From Chloroflexota bacterium (GTDB taxonomy: Bacteria > Chloroflexota > Dormibacteria > Dormibacterales > Dormibacteraceae), in NCBI GenBank assembly GCA_005881825.1, contig VBEO01000071.1:1021-65020 (forward strand): a DNA stretch of 64,000 nucleotides, read 5' to 3'. Positions 9,006-18,104 of the stretch are shown here, piece after piece. Below the pieces are notes generated by a model. The model was not told where the DNA came from. It was given only the letters and a program-made list of their open reading frames with translations, and made no database searches. The position numbers and the translations under genes are program-made. Numbering within the stretch: the stretch's first letter is position 1; every line of letters starts with the position of its first letter.

Positions 9006-10253
9006 ATGCAGATGACGGGGAGTTTGCGGATCGGCATCGATACCGGAGGCACCTTTACCGACCTGGTCCTGCTCGAGGAGTCCGGCCGCGCCACCCAGCT
9101 CAAGGTCCCCAGCACGCCCGACGACCCCGCGCGGGCGCTGATAGGCGCGCTGCGCGCGGCGCCGCTGCCCGAGGGCGGCACGATCGGATCCGTGGCGCAC
9201 GGGACCACGGTGGCGACCAACGCCATGCTCGAGGAACGATTCCACAGGCTGGCCCTGGTGACCACCCGCGGCTTCCGCCACGTGCTCGAGATCGCCCGCC
9301 AGAGCGTGCCCAGCGGCTATGGCAATTCCTACTTCTGGGTCAAGCCCGACCGCATCGTGCCCCTGGAGCGGGTTTTCGAGGTTACGGAGCGGATGTCCTA
9401 TCGGGGTGAGGTGCTCACCGCCTTCGATGAGGCGGACGCCCGGGCTGTCGCGCGGGCATTGCGCGCCGCCGGCGTCGAGGCGGTCGGGATCTGCTTCCTG
9501 CACGCCTACGCCAACCCCGAGCACGAGCGCCGGATGCGCGAGATCCTGCACGCCGAGCACCCGGGCGCGGTCATCTCGATCTCCTGTGAGGTCTGGCCCG
9601 AGTACCGCGAGTACGAGCGCACGGTGACCACCCTGGTCGACGCCTTCGTGAAGCCGCACGTCACCGGCTACCTGGAGCGCGCGGCGGCGGGACTGCGTGA
9701 GATCGCGCCCGCGGCGCCGCTGCTGATCATGAAGTCGAACGGCGGCGTCCTGCCCGCCGCGGCGGTGACCCGGCAGCCGATCTCGACCGCGCTCTCGGGT
9801 CCGGCGGCCGGCGCGCTGGGCGCTTCCTGGCTGGCCCGCCAGGCCGGCTACGAGCGGGTGATCACGATCGACACCGGCGGCACCTCGACCGACGTCTGCC
9901 TGGTCGAGGGAGCCGAGCCCCAGCTCACGCGAGAAGGCCGCATCGGGCGCTTCCCGGTCCGGGTGCCGATGATCGACATCGTCTCCGTCGGCACGGGCGG
10001 CGGCTCGATCGCCTGGGTCGGTCCGGACGGCGGCCTGCGTGTAGGACCGCGCTCGGCAGGGGCGGTTCCCGGCCCCATGGGCTACGGGCGCGGTGGCGAC
10101 CAGCCGACGGTCACCGACGCCCACCTCGTCCTGGGGCGGGTGCCCGACAGCCTGGCCGGCGGCGCGGTGCGGCTCGACCGCGGCCGGTCCGAGGCGGGCG
10201 TGCGCGATATCGCAACCAGGCTGGGGCTAACCACCCACTGCACACCGTGTTGA
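9006..10253 (+). CDS. hyuA: hydantoinase/oxoprolinase A, N-terminal fragment (gene appears disrupted)
   Basis: MQMTGSLRIGIDTGGTFTDLV and IDTGGTSTDVCLV ATPase motifs. The reading frame ends early at TGA 10251-10253. Confidence 0.75.
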   Translation: MQMTGSLRIGIDTGGTFTDLVLLEESGRATQLKVPSTPDDPARALIGALRAAPLPEGGTIGSVAHGTTVATNAMLEERFHRLALVTTRGFRHVLEIARQSVPSGYGNSYFWVKPDRIVPLERVFEVTERMSYRGEVLTAFDEADARAVARALRAAGVEAVGICFLHAYANPEHERRMREILHAEHPGAVISISCEVWPEYREYERTVTTLVDAFVKPHVTGYLERAAAGLREIAPAAPLLIMKSNGGVLPAAAVTRQPISTALSGPAAGALGASWLARQAGYERVITIDTGGTSTDVCLVEGAEPQLTREGRIGRFPVRVPMIDIVSVGTGGGSIAWVGPDGGLRVGPRSAGAVPGPMGYGRGGDQPTVTDAHLVLGRVPDSLAGGAVRLDRGRSEAGVRDIATRLGLTTHCTPC

Positions 10254-10849
10254 TCCCACCCTCGCCGGGCAACGTCTCCGCCTTCGGCCTGCTCGCCGTG
10301 GACCTCAAGGACGACTACGTGGTCACGCTTGTCCAACGCCACGACGAGGTGGACGGCGATGCGGTGGCGGCCGCCTTCGCCGAGCTGGAGGGGCGGGCGC
10401 GCGCGTCGCTGCGTGAGCAGGGAGTGGCCGAGGAGCGTATGGTCCTGGTGCGCTCGGTGGACGCCCGCTACCTGGGCGAGGCGCACGAGCTGGCGATCCC
10501 GGTCGGCGGGGACTTCGACCCGGCGCAGGCAATCGCCGCGTTTCACGACGCGCACGAGCGCGTCTACGGCTATGCCTATCGTTCCGGCGAGGTCGTCGAG
10601 TTCGTGAACTGGAAGGTCACCGGCCTCGGCACCCTGGAGCGGCCGGCGCTGGCAATGACGCCCCCGGCCGGCCGTGGCCTGCCCTGCGGCGAGCGCGCGG
10701 GCTTCTCTGTATACAAACGTGAGGACCTGCCGGCGGGCTGGTCGCGCGCCGGCCCCGCCATCGTGGAGGAGTACGGCTCGACGACTGTGATCGAGCCCGG
10801 CTTCGAGGCCGAAGTCGACCGCCTGGGGAACCTCGTGCTGCATGGTTGA
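10247..10849 (+). CDS. hyuA: hydantoinase/oxoprolinase A, C-terminal fragment
   Basis: GTG 10247, then LIPPSPGNVSAFGLL and a family-type C-terminal domain. Different frame, with a 7-nt overlap on the upstream fragment. Confidence 0.65.
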   Translation: MLIPPSPGNVSAFGLLAVDLKDDYVVTLVQRHDEVDGDAVAAAFAELEGRARASLREQGVAEERMVLVRSVDARYLGEAHELAIPVGGDFDPAQAIAAFHDAHERVYGYAYRSGEVVEFVNWKVTGLGTLERPALAMTPPAGRGLPCGERAGFSVYKREDLPAGWSRAGPAIVEEYGSTTVIEPGFEAEVDRLGNLVLHG

Positions 10850-12605
10850 TCCGATCGTCCTGCAAATCGTCGAGGGCACCCTGCACTCGATCGAGGCCGA
10901 AGTGGAGGCGGCCATCGAGCGCACCGCCCGCTCGCCCATGATCCGGGACCAGCACGACTACCGCGCAGGCATCCACGACGCCCGCTGCCGCAAGCTGACG
11001 GGCCGCTCCTACAGCGCCATGGTGCAGCCGGTGGTGCGCGACTTCCCGCTGGAGAGCATGCGCGAGGGCGACGTCTTCTACCACAACGACGTCTACCTCT
11101 CGGAAGGCTCGGTCGGCCACCTGCCCGACCTCACGACGACCGTCCCGGTCTTCCACGAGGGTCGCGTGGTGGCGTTCGTGCAGGCTTTCGGCCACCACGA
11201 CGACATCGGCGGCATGGTCCCGGGCTCGATGCCCGCGCACGCCACCAGCGCCTACCAGGAGGGGCTGATGATCCCCCCCGTCCGCCTCTTCAGCGCGGGG
11301 CGCCGCAACGACGACCTCTACCGGGTGATCGTCCGCAACTCGCGGACTCCGGAATCCTTCGCGGGCGACCTGGACAGCGAGGTCGCCGCCTGCCAGATGG
11401 GCGCCCGCCGCCTGGCGCGGCTCTTCGCGACCTATGGCGCGGAAACCGTGGAGGCCTGCTTCCAGGCCCTGATCGACCGCTGCGCGGAGACTTTCCGGCG
11501 CGAGATCCTGCCCCGGATCCCCGATGGCGTGTACGAGTTCGAGGACTACATCGAGCACGACGGGATCGACCCGCCCCGCCTGCACGTGCTGAAGATGACG
11601 ATTGCCAAGACGGCCGACGGAATCGTCTGCGACCTCAACGGCACCGGTCCACAGGCCCGCGGCCCCATCAACCACGCCGGCGACTACGCCGACGGGCTCT
11701 TCTTGCGCAAGTGGATGGCCTGCATCCTCCGCAACCTGGCGGAGTCGCCGGAGCGGGCCGCCGAGCTGGACATCAACGAGGGGATCTGCGACCTGCTCGA
11801 GCTGCGCTTTCCGCCGCCGGGCACGCTGGTCACCCCCGCCTTCCCGGCCCCAACCAACGCCCGCTCCTTCCTGATCCTGCGCCTGCTCGGCGTCTTCGCG
11901 GGCTGCCTGGCCCAGGCCGTGGGCGGGCGGATGCCGGCCGACCAGGAAACCATCCGCTACTGGGGCATCCACGGCGTAGACGAGGACGGCCGCTGGTACC
12001 TGCTGCGCGAAGTCCTCGGTGGCGGCTCCGGCGGGCGCTCTTACGCCGACGGCTCGGACGCCATCCACATCGTTCCCGACTCCAAGAACCTGCCCGCCGA
12101 GTTCGCGGAGACGCGCTTCCCGGTGCTGATCGAGAAGCTGGCGCTGGCGACCGACTCGGGCGGACCGGGTCGCAGGCGGGGCGGGCTGGGCTATGACAAG
12201 CACGTACGGCTGCTGCGCGACGCCCACTTCGTATCCACGGCCGACCGCGGCTTTCTGGGCTGCTATGGGGTGGCCGGGGGAATGGCCGGGCTGCCCTACC
12301 AGGCGTCGGTCGACGGCCGCCCGCTGCCGGGCCTCAACGACGACGTCTTCCTGCCCGCGGGCACCCTGCTCCGGCTGCGCACCACCGGTGGCGGTGGCTG
12401 GGGCGACCCCTTCGAGCGCGAGCCCGAGCTGGTCGGACTGGATGTGCTCCAGGGCCGCGTCTCTCGGGAGTCCGCGGAGCGAGACTATGGCGTGTTGGTG
12501 GGCGAGGACGGACGCGTGGTGGAGGTGCGGCGGCCGGCTCGGGCGGCGCCCCGGCCCTTACTCGACCGCGGCCCGGGCTACGAAGAGCTGCGCTCGCGCT
12601 CGTGA
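10842..12605 (+). CDS. hyuB: hydantoinase B/oxoprolinase family protein
   Basis: 587-aa ORF: DPIVLQIVEGTL, PMIRDQHDYRAGI, GGGGWGDPFEREPELV. Confidence 0.9.
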   Translation: MVDPIVLQIVEGTLHSIEAEVEAAIERTARSPMIRDQHDYRAGIHDARCRKLTGRSYSAMVQPVVRDFPLESMREGDVFYHNDVYLSEGSVGHLPDLTTTVPVFHEGRVVAFVQAFGHHDDIGGMVPGSMPAHATSAYQEGLMIPPVRLFSAGRRNDDLYRVIVRNSRTPESFAGDLDSEVAACQMGARRLARLFATYGAETVEACFQALIDRCAETFRREILPRIPDGVYEFEDYIEHDGIDPPRLHVLKMTIAKTADGIVCDLNGTGPQARGPINHAGDYADGLFLRKWMACILRNLAESPERAAELDINEGICDLLELRFPPPGTLVTPAFPAPTNARSFLILRLLGVFAGCLAQAVGGRMPADQETIRYWGIHGVDEDGRWYLLREVLGGGSGGRSYADGSDAIHIVPDSKNLPAEFAETRFPVLIEKLALATDSGGPGRRRGGLGYDKHVRLLRDAHFVSTADRGFLGCYGVAGGMAGLPYQASVDGRPLPGLNDDVFLPAGTLLRLRTTGGGGWGDPFEREPELVGLDVLQGRVSRESAERDYGVLVGEDGRVVEVRRPARAAPRPLLDRGPGYEELRSRS

Positions 12606-13369
12606 CCACGGAGAGCCGCTTCTACCGGGACGCCGAGGCCTACGACAGCTCCACAGCCCGCTGGAGCGAGCAGCTGGCACGTGAGCTGGTGCCCTGGTTG
12701 GGCGTGCGCCGGGACGCCCGCTGGCTGGACGTGGGCTGCGGCACCGGCGTCGTCAGCGACGCCATCATGGATCTCGCCTGGCCGGGGGCGGTGACGGGTA
12801 TCGATGCCTCCGAGCCCTACCTGGAGGCCGCCCGGCGCAAAGTGCCGGGGGCTCGCTTCGAGCTCGGCGACGCCACCGCGCTGCCTTTCCCTGACGGTTC
12901 CTTCGAGGCCGTGGTCTGCTCGCTGATGCTCGCCCTGGTGCCCGACCCGGCCGCGGCCGTCGGCCAGATGGCCCGCGTGGCGGCTCCCGGCGGCGTGGTC
13001 GGACTGGCAGCCTGGGACGGCGAGAATTATCTGCAGCACGAGTACTGGGAGGCTGCCCAAGAGGTGGGTGCGCAGGGCCGCGAGCCTGATCCGATCGCCG
13101 GCGGCGAGGACCTGGTCCGGCTGTTGGGCAGCGCCGGCCTCCGCGAGGCACAGACTCGCCTGATCCAGCTCACCGTCACCTTCGACGGCTTCGACGACTA
13201 CTGGCAGACCCTCCTCGGTCGGAAAGGCCACATCACCGCCCATTTCGAGTCGCAGCCGCCGGCTAGGCAAGCGGCGATCAGGGAGACGGTGCGGCCGCGC
13301 GTGGAGCGCAAACCGGGCGCCAAGGTGCCGGTGGTGGCGTCGGCGTGGGTCGCCAAGGCCCGCCGGTGA
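12602..13369 (+). CDS. class I SAM-dependent methyltransferase
   Basis: WLDVGCGTGV motif I. GTGA start/stop overlap with hyuB. Confidence 0.85.
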   Translation: MTTESRFYRDAEAYDSSTARWSEQLARELVPWLGVRRDARWLDVGCGTGVVSDAIMDLAWPGAVTGIDASEPYLEAARRKVPGARFELGDATALPFPDGSFEAVVCSLMLALVPDPAAAVGQMARVAAPGGVVGLAAWDGENYLQHEYWEAAQEVGAQGREPDPIAGGEDLVRLLGSAGLREAQTRLIQLTVTFDGFDDYWQTLLGRKGHITAHFESQPPARQAAIRETVRPRVERKPGAKVPVVASAWVAKARR

Positions 13370-14394
13370 TCGCCAGCCGGCAGCCTGCAGCCGAGGCGGT
13401 GGCGGCCTACAACGCGGCCATGGCCCGCTTCTGGCAGCCGGTGTGCGCGGCGGCCGAGGTCGGGGCCGGGCCGCACTTCGTCGAGTTGCTGGACCGTCCC
13501 CTGACCGTGGTCCGGCTGGACGGCGAGCTGGCCTGCTTCGACGACGTCTGCCGGCACCTGGGAGCGTCGCTCTCGCTGGCCTCGGTGGTTCCGGGGCCGG
13601 GCGGCGAGGGCCAGGTGCTGCGCTGCGCCTACCATGGCTGGTCCTACGACCGCAGTGGCCGCTGCGTGGACATTCCGGCCCGGCGCGACGCGCCGATCCC
13701 CCGCGACGCCCGCGTGCGCGCCTACCCGGTGGCCGAGCGCTACGGGCTGCTCTGGGTCTGCCTGGAGGGCGAGTCCACCGCCGGCATCCCCGAGTTCCCC
13801 GAGTTCGACGACCCCGGCTTCCATCTGACGCCGCTGCGCGTGTACGAGCCCTGGGCCTGCAGCGCACCTCGGATTGTGATGGGCGCGCTGGACGACACCC
13901 ACTTTCCCTGGGTGCACCCGGGACTGCTCGGCGATCCCGAGCACCCGGAGCCGCCCGAGCACCGAGCCTGGGTGGAGGGCGAATACCTGATGTCGACGTA
14001 TTCGACGCTGCAGCCGGCGAACGAGACCATCGGCGGCGCGGGGCTGGAGACAGTCAGCTACACCAACTGGTGCACGCCGTCGTCGATCCGGCTGCTCAAG
14101 TCCGGACCGGCCGGCCGCTACGCCATCTACGAGGTGGTCTGCCCGGTGGCTTACGACCGCTCGCTGATCTTCCTGCAGATGGCGCGCGACTTCGACACCG
14201 ACCCGGCGCGGGATGCCGAGTACGTGGCTTTCGAAGACGTCATCCAGGCACAGGACAAGCCGGTGGTGGAAAGCCAGCGGCCCTGGCTGCTGCCGCCCCT
14301 CTCCTCGCGGCTGATGCTGTACGTGCGGCCGGCCGACCTGCCCCTGATCGCCTACCAGAAGTGGCTGGAGGAGCTGGGCGTCCCTCAGGTCTGA
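13366..14394 (+). CDS. Rieske [2Fe-2S] non-haem-iron oxygenase, alpha-only type
   Basis: CRHLGASL...LRCAYHGW Rieske motif and DDTHFPWVH iron site. GTG 13366 forms a GTGA overlap with the methyltransferase stop. Confidence 0.85.
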   Translation: MIASRQPAAEAVAAYNAAMARFWQPVCAAAEVGAGPHFVELLDRPLTVVRLDGELACFDDVCRHLGASLSLASVVPGPGGEGQVLRCAYHGWSYDRSGRCVDIPARRDAPIPRDARVRAYPVAERYGLLWVCLEGESTAGIPEFPEFDDPGFHLTPLRVYEPWACSAPRIVMGALDDTHFPWVHPGLLGDPEHPEPPEHRAWVEGEYLMSTYSTLQPANETIGGAGLETVSYTNWCTPSSIRLLKSGPAGRYAIYEVVCPVAYDRSLIFLQMARDFDTDPARDAEYVAFEDVIQAQDKPVVESQRPWLLPPLSSRLMLYVRPADLPLIAYQKWLEELGVPQV

Positions 14395-16715
14395 GCGCCG
14401 CCGGCACTGCCGGCATGAGTCAGCTCGAACAGCCGGAGGGGCGACAGCGGCATCTCGGTGATGGGAACACCCAGCGCCTCTTCGATCGCACTGGCGATCA
14501 CGGCGCCCACCGGGATCACGCCGGCCTCACCGGCGCCCTTGACGCCGAGCGGGTTGAGGGGCGAGGGCGTTTCCTGGTGGTCGATCACGACGTCGGGAAT
14601 CTCGGTGGCGTACGGCATCAGGAACTCCATGAAGGAGGCGTTGCGCAGCTGTGCGTCGGCGTCGTAGGCCAGCCGCTCGTAAAAAGCGCCGCCGATGCCC
14701 TGGGCGACGCCGCCCTGGATCTGGCCTTCGAGCACGGTGGGGTTGATGACGCGACCACAGTCGTGGACGACCACGTATCTCAGGATCTGCAGCCGGAAGG
14801 TATTGGGGTCGACGCGCACCCAGGCGGCGTGGCAGCCCGAGGCCCAGGTCGAGCCGGTCGGGCTGAAGTAGCCGGTCGCCTCCAGGCCGGGCTGCTCGCC
14901 TGCGGGCAGCGGCGGACCCGCGCGCGGCTTGGGGGTGAACTGGGTGGCGGCCTCCGTGCCGCCGCCGAAGGCGTAGCGCACGGGGTTGCTGAGGACGGCC
15001 AGCAGCGCCAGCGGCATGGCCTTCTGCGGCGAGCCTTTGACGCGCACGGCGCCCTGCGCCAGCTCCAGGTCGGCCGGGTCGACCTCCAGGTGCTCGGCAG
15101 CGATCCGCTTGGCCTTTTCGGCCACCATTCCGGCGGCCACCGCCATCGCGTTGCCGGCGACCACGGCCGCGCGCGACGCAAAGGTCCCCACGCCCCACTG
15201 GAAGCGGCGGGTGTCGCCGGTGGTGATGGTGACGTCGTCGGGGCTGACCCCGAGCTGGTCGGCGACGACCTGCGCGAAGACCGTGCCGTGCGCCTGGCCC
15301 TGGGTCGGGATCGCCGTGGAGGCCACCACCTTGCCGCTGACCAGGACCTGGACGTGGGCGCCTTCGTAAGGACCCACGCCGGTGCCCTCCACGTACATGC
15401 CCAGGCCCAAGCCGATGTGGTGGCCGGCGGGCCTCGGGCCCAGGTTCGCGAGCGCCTTCTCCAGCAGGCCCGGAAAGTTGCCGCTGTCGTAGACCGCGCG
15501 GTTGCCGTCCTGCCAGCCGACGCCGACCTCGTAGGGAAACTCGTCCGGCTGGATCAGGTTGCGGCGCCTCACCTCGTCCCGAGTGAGGTCCAGGTCTCGC
15601 GCAATCGCGTCCAGCGTGCGCTCCATCACGAAGCAGGCGTGCGGGCGGCCCGCGCCGCGGTAAGGCGAGGTGGGCGTTGCGTTGGTCAAGACGTCGCGGA
15701 AACGGACCCGGTAGTTGGGCACCCGGTAAGGGCCGGGGATCTGCGCCGCCGTGATGATCGGCAGGATGATGCCGTAGGGCGTGTAGGCGCCGGCATCGTG
15801 GACGAAGTCGACGTCCAGCGCCACGACCCGGCCCTGCGCGTCATAACCGACCTCGACGTCGTGCACCTGCGCGCGCTCGTGGTTGACCGCGGTGAAGTGC
15901 TCGCGGCGGTCCTCGGTCCATTTGACCGGCCGGCCCAGCTGCATGGCCGCGAACGGCGTCAGGAGCTCGTCAGGGTAGAAGAGCATGATCTTGGGCCCGA
16001 AGCCGCCGCCCACGTCGGGGGCGATCACCTCGACGCTGGATTCGGGGAGCCCGAAGAGCACCGCCAGGCCGCCCCGGATCGAGGTCGGCGACTGGGTGGA
16101 GTCGTACATCGTCAGCCGCTTGTCGGCCGCATCCCAGCGTGCCCAGGTGGCGCGTGCCTCCAGGGGCGCTGCGGCCCCGCGCTCGTAGCGGAAGCGCAGC
16201 TTTCGCCGGTGCGCCGCTTGTTCCAGCGCTCCCTCGACGTCACCGGTCTGCTGTGTCAGCTCGGCGGCGGTGTTCGCGGGATCTTCGGCCGCGGCTTCCA
16301 GCGGCCAGACCGGTGGCAGGGGCTCGTATTCGACGTCGACCAGATCCGCCGCGTCCTCGGCCAGGTAGCGGTTGTCGGCGACCACGAAGGCGACCGCCTC
16401 GCCCGCATAGCGGACGGTATCGGCGGCCAGGCAGCGCTGGGTGCGGCCGTTGGTGAGAGCCGGATGCGGGATCAGGAGCGGCAGGTCGCGATCGCCGAAG
16501 GGCAAGTCGCCGGCCGTGTAGACGGCGTGCACCCCCGGGAGTTCCCGGGCCCGCCTGGCGTCGATGCTCAGGATGCGCGCGTGCGCGTATGGGGAGCGCA
16601 CGAAGCAGGCTTCGAGCGCGTCTTCGTTGAAATCGTCGGTGAATCGGCCGGCGCCGCGCAGGAGGCGGTCGTCCTCACGCCGTTCGACGCGCTCGCCGAA
16701 CCAGCGCGTGGTCAC
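14385..16715 (-). CDS. xanthine-dehydrogenase-family molybdopterin subunit (CoxL-like, form-II-type loop)
   Basis: 776 codons from GTG 16715, which forms a GTGA overlap with the small-subunit stop. The active-site loop reads PYRGAGR rather than the AYxCSFR of true CO dehydrogenases. Confidence 0.85.
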   Translation of the reverse strand: MTTRWFGERVERREDDRLLRGAGRFTDDFNEDALEACFVRSPYAHARILSIDARRARELPGVHAVYTAGDLPFGDRDLPLLIPHPALTNGRTQRCLAADTVRYAGEAVAFVVADNRYLAEDAADLVDVEYEPLPPVWPLEAAAEDPANTAAELTQQTGDVEGALEQAAHRRKLRFRYERGAAAPLEARATWARWDAADKRLTMYDSTQSPTSIRGGLAVLFGLPESSVEVIAPDVGGGFGPKIMLFYPDELLTPFAAMQLGRPVKWTEDRREHFTAVNHERAQVHDVEVGYDAQGRVVALDVDFVHDAGAYTPYGIILPIITAAQIPGPYRVPNYRVRFRDVLTNATPTSPYRGAGRPHACFVMERTLDAIARDLDLTRDEVRRRNLIQPDEFPYEVGVGWQDGNRAVYDSGNFPGLLEKALANLGPRPAGHHIGLGLGMYVEGTGVGPYEGAHVQVLVSGKVVASTAIPTQGQAHGTVFAQVVADQLGVSPDDVTITTGDTRRFQWGVGTFASRAAVVAGNAMAVAAGMVAEKAKRIAAEHLEVDPADLELAQGAVRVKGSPQKAMPLALLAVLSNPVRYAFGGGTEAATQFTPKPRAGPPLPAGEQPGLEATGYFSPTGSTWASGCHAAWVRVDPNTFRLQILRYVVVHDCGRVINPTVLEGQIQGGVAQGIGGAFYERLAYDADAQLRNASFMEFLMPYATEIPDVVIDHQETPSPLNPLGVKGAGEAGVIPVGAVIASAIEEALGVPITEMPLSPLRLFELTHAGSAGGAQT

Positions 16716-17164
16716 CGCGCGGCCGCGGCCAGCCTCACGGCCTTGCGGATGTTGGCGTAGCCGGTGCAGCGGCAGAGATTGCCGCTGATGCCCTCCTGGA
16801 TCTGCTCGTCGGTGGGATCGGGATGCTCGTCGAGAAGTCCCTTGACCGCCAGCACGAAACCCGGCGTGCAGAAGCCGCACTGGAGGGCGTGAGCTTCGTG
16901 GAAGGCCTGCTGGATCGGATGCAGTGCTGCTGTGTCAGGCGCCAGGCCTTCGATCGTGGTGACGTCGTGATCCGCCGCCTGGACCGCCAGCAGCAGGCAG
17001 GAGCGGACGGGCTTGCCGTCGAGCAGGACGGTGCAGCACCCGCAGACGCCGTGCTCGCAGCCGACGTGGGTGCCGGTCAGCCGCAGCTGGTGACGCAGGT
17101 GGTCGGACAGGAGCGTGCGCGGGTCCTCGGGGAGGGGGGATGCGATGCCGTTGACGCGCATCAC
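16712..17164 (-). CDS. [2Fe-2S] small subunit of molybdenum hydroxylase (CoxS-like)
   Basis: CEHGVCGCC, CGFCTPG and CRCTGY cluster motifs. Confidence 0.9.
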   Translation of the reverse strand: MMRVNGIASPLPEDPRTLLSDHLRHQLRLTGTHVGCEHGVCGCCTVLLDGKPVRSCLLLAVQAADHDVTTIEGLAPDTAALHPIQQAFHEAHALQCGFCTPGFVLAVKGLLDEHPDPTDEQIQEGISGNLCRCTGYANIRKAVRLAAAAR

Positions 17165-17913
17165 GCCGCGAAGAGCTCGCGCGTCATGGCTGTTATGAGG
17201 TGCTTGCGAAACCCTGGCGTCGCCTCCAGGTCGGCGCTGGGCTGCAGGTCTCGGGTGGGCTCGTTCGGATCCGCGGTTACAGGCGTCGGCGCAACTCCGA
17301 AGAGCGCCAGCCGGTCGCCCGCCCGGACCACGCCGGCCATCGCGTAATCGCCGTGCCGGCGCGATTCCTCGCGCAGCCCGTGAGGACCAGTGAACGCCGG
17401 GAACCAGACTTCGACGGCCAGCTCATCGGGCGCCAGCGCGCTTTCCAGGACGCCCATGAAAAAACTTTCGGCCGGGATGTCGCGAGTGCCGCCCGGCCCC
17501 AGAGCGCGCACGCTGCCCTGCAGGGCGAGGATGACCGCCGGCAGCTCGGCCGCGGGATCGGCGTGGGCGATCGAGCCCACGACCGTGCCGCGGTTGCGGA
17601 TCACCTGGTGAGCGACGTGCTTCAGCGCTTCGGGCACCAGAGGGCAGAGTTTCTGGAGCAGCTCCGAGCGCTGCGCGTCCGACTGGCGCACCAGCGCCTG
17701 TACGGCCACGCCGCCGTCGCGCTCGTAGATGCGGTCCAGCGCGGGGATGCCGTTGATGTCGACCACGTGGGCCGGTCGCGCCAGCCGGAAGTTGAGCAGC
17801 GGCACCAGCGACTGCCCCCCGGCCAGCACTTTTGCATCCTCCAGCATGCCGAGCAGCCGGACCGCCTCGTCGACGCTTGTGGGCGCGTGGTACTCGAACG
17901 GGGCCGGCTTCAC
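17161..17913 (-). CDS. FAD-binding medium subunit of molybdenum hydroxylase (CoxM-like)
   Basis: VLAGGQSLVPLLNFRL and GTVVGSIAHADPAAELP. GTG 17913 lies inside track ORF 17161..18432. Confidence 0.8.
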   Translation of the reverse strand: MKPAPFEYHAPTSVDEAVRLLGMLEDAKVLAGGQSLVPLLNFRLARPAHVVDINGIPALDRIYERDGGVAVQALVRQSDAQRSELLQKLCPLVPEALKHVAHQVIRNRGTVVGSIAHADPAAELPAVILALQGSVRALGPGGTRDIPAESFFMGVLESALAPDELAVEVWFPAFTGPHGLREESRRHGDYAMAGVVRAGDRLALFGVAPTPVTADPNEPTRDLQPSADLEATPGFRKHLITAMTRELFAA

Positions 17914-17923
17914 GCGCGGTTGA

Positions 17924-18086
17924 GTCCCAGGTGCCGGCAGTTGGCGGTATCGCCGGCGCGGGAAGCCTCCATCTGCCGGCACCTGGCTGCCTCCAGCGGT
18001 CTTAACAGGCAGGCTTGACGCCCAAAACGGCCCCCGAATACCCTCGCGCCAGAACCCCCGGGGGGGTGGTATTGGGGGAGGGGCAG
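17924..18086 (-). repeat. copy A of a dispersed non-coding element (see copy B at 50578-50726)
   Basis: The reverse complement aligns by eye with 50578-50726. The first 53 nt are 48/53 identical. It fills the gap between the cyclase stop and the coxM-like start. Confidence 0.7.
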
Positions 18087-18104
18087 CTCGGCTCGGGGCA
18101 TGGG

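Noticed and set aside
17914-18104. Molybdenum-cofactor riboswitch upstream of the coxMSL-like genes.
   Set aside because: The sequence does not match what I remember of the Moco motif. A second copy of the same element lies where no gene follows, and its main helix is not preserved between the copies. An Rfam scan is needed to be sure.
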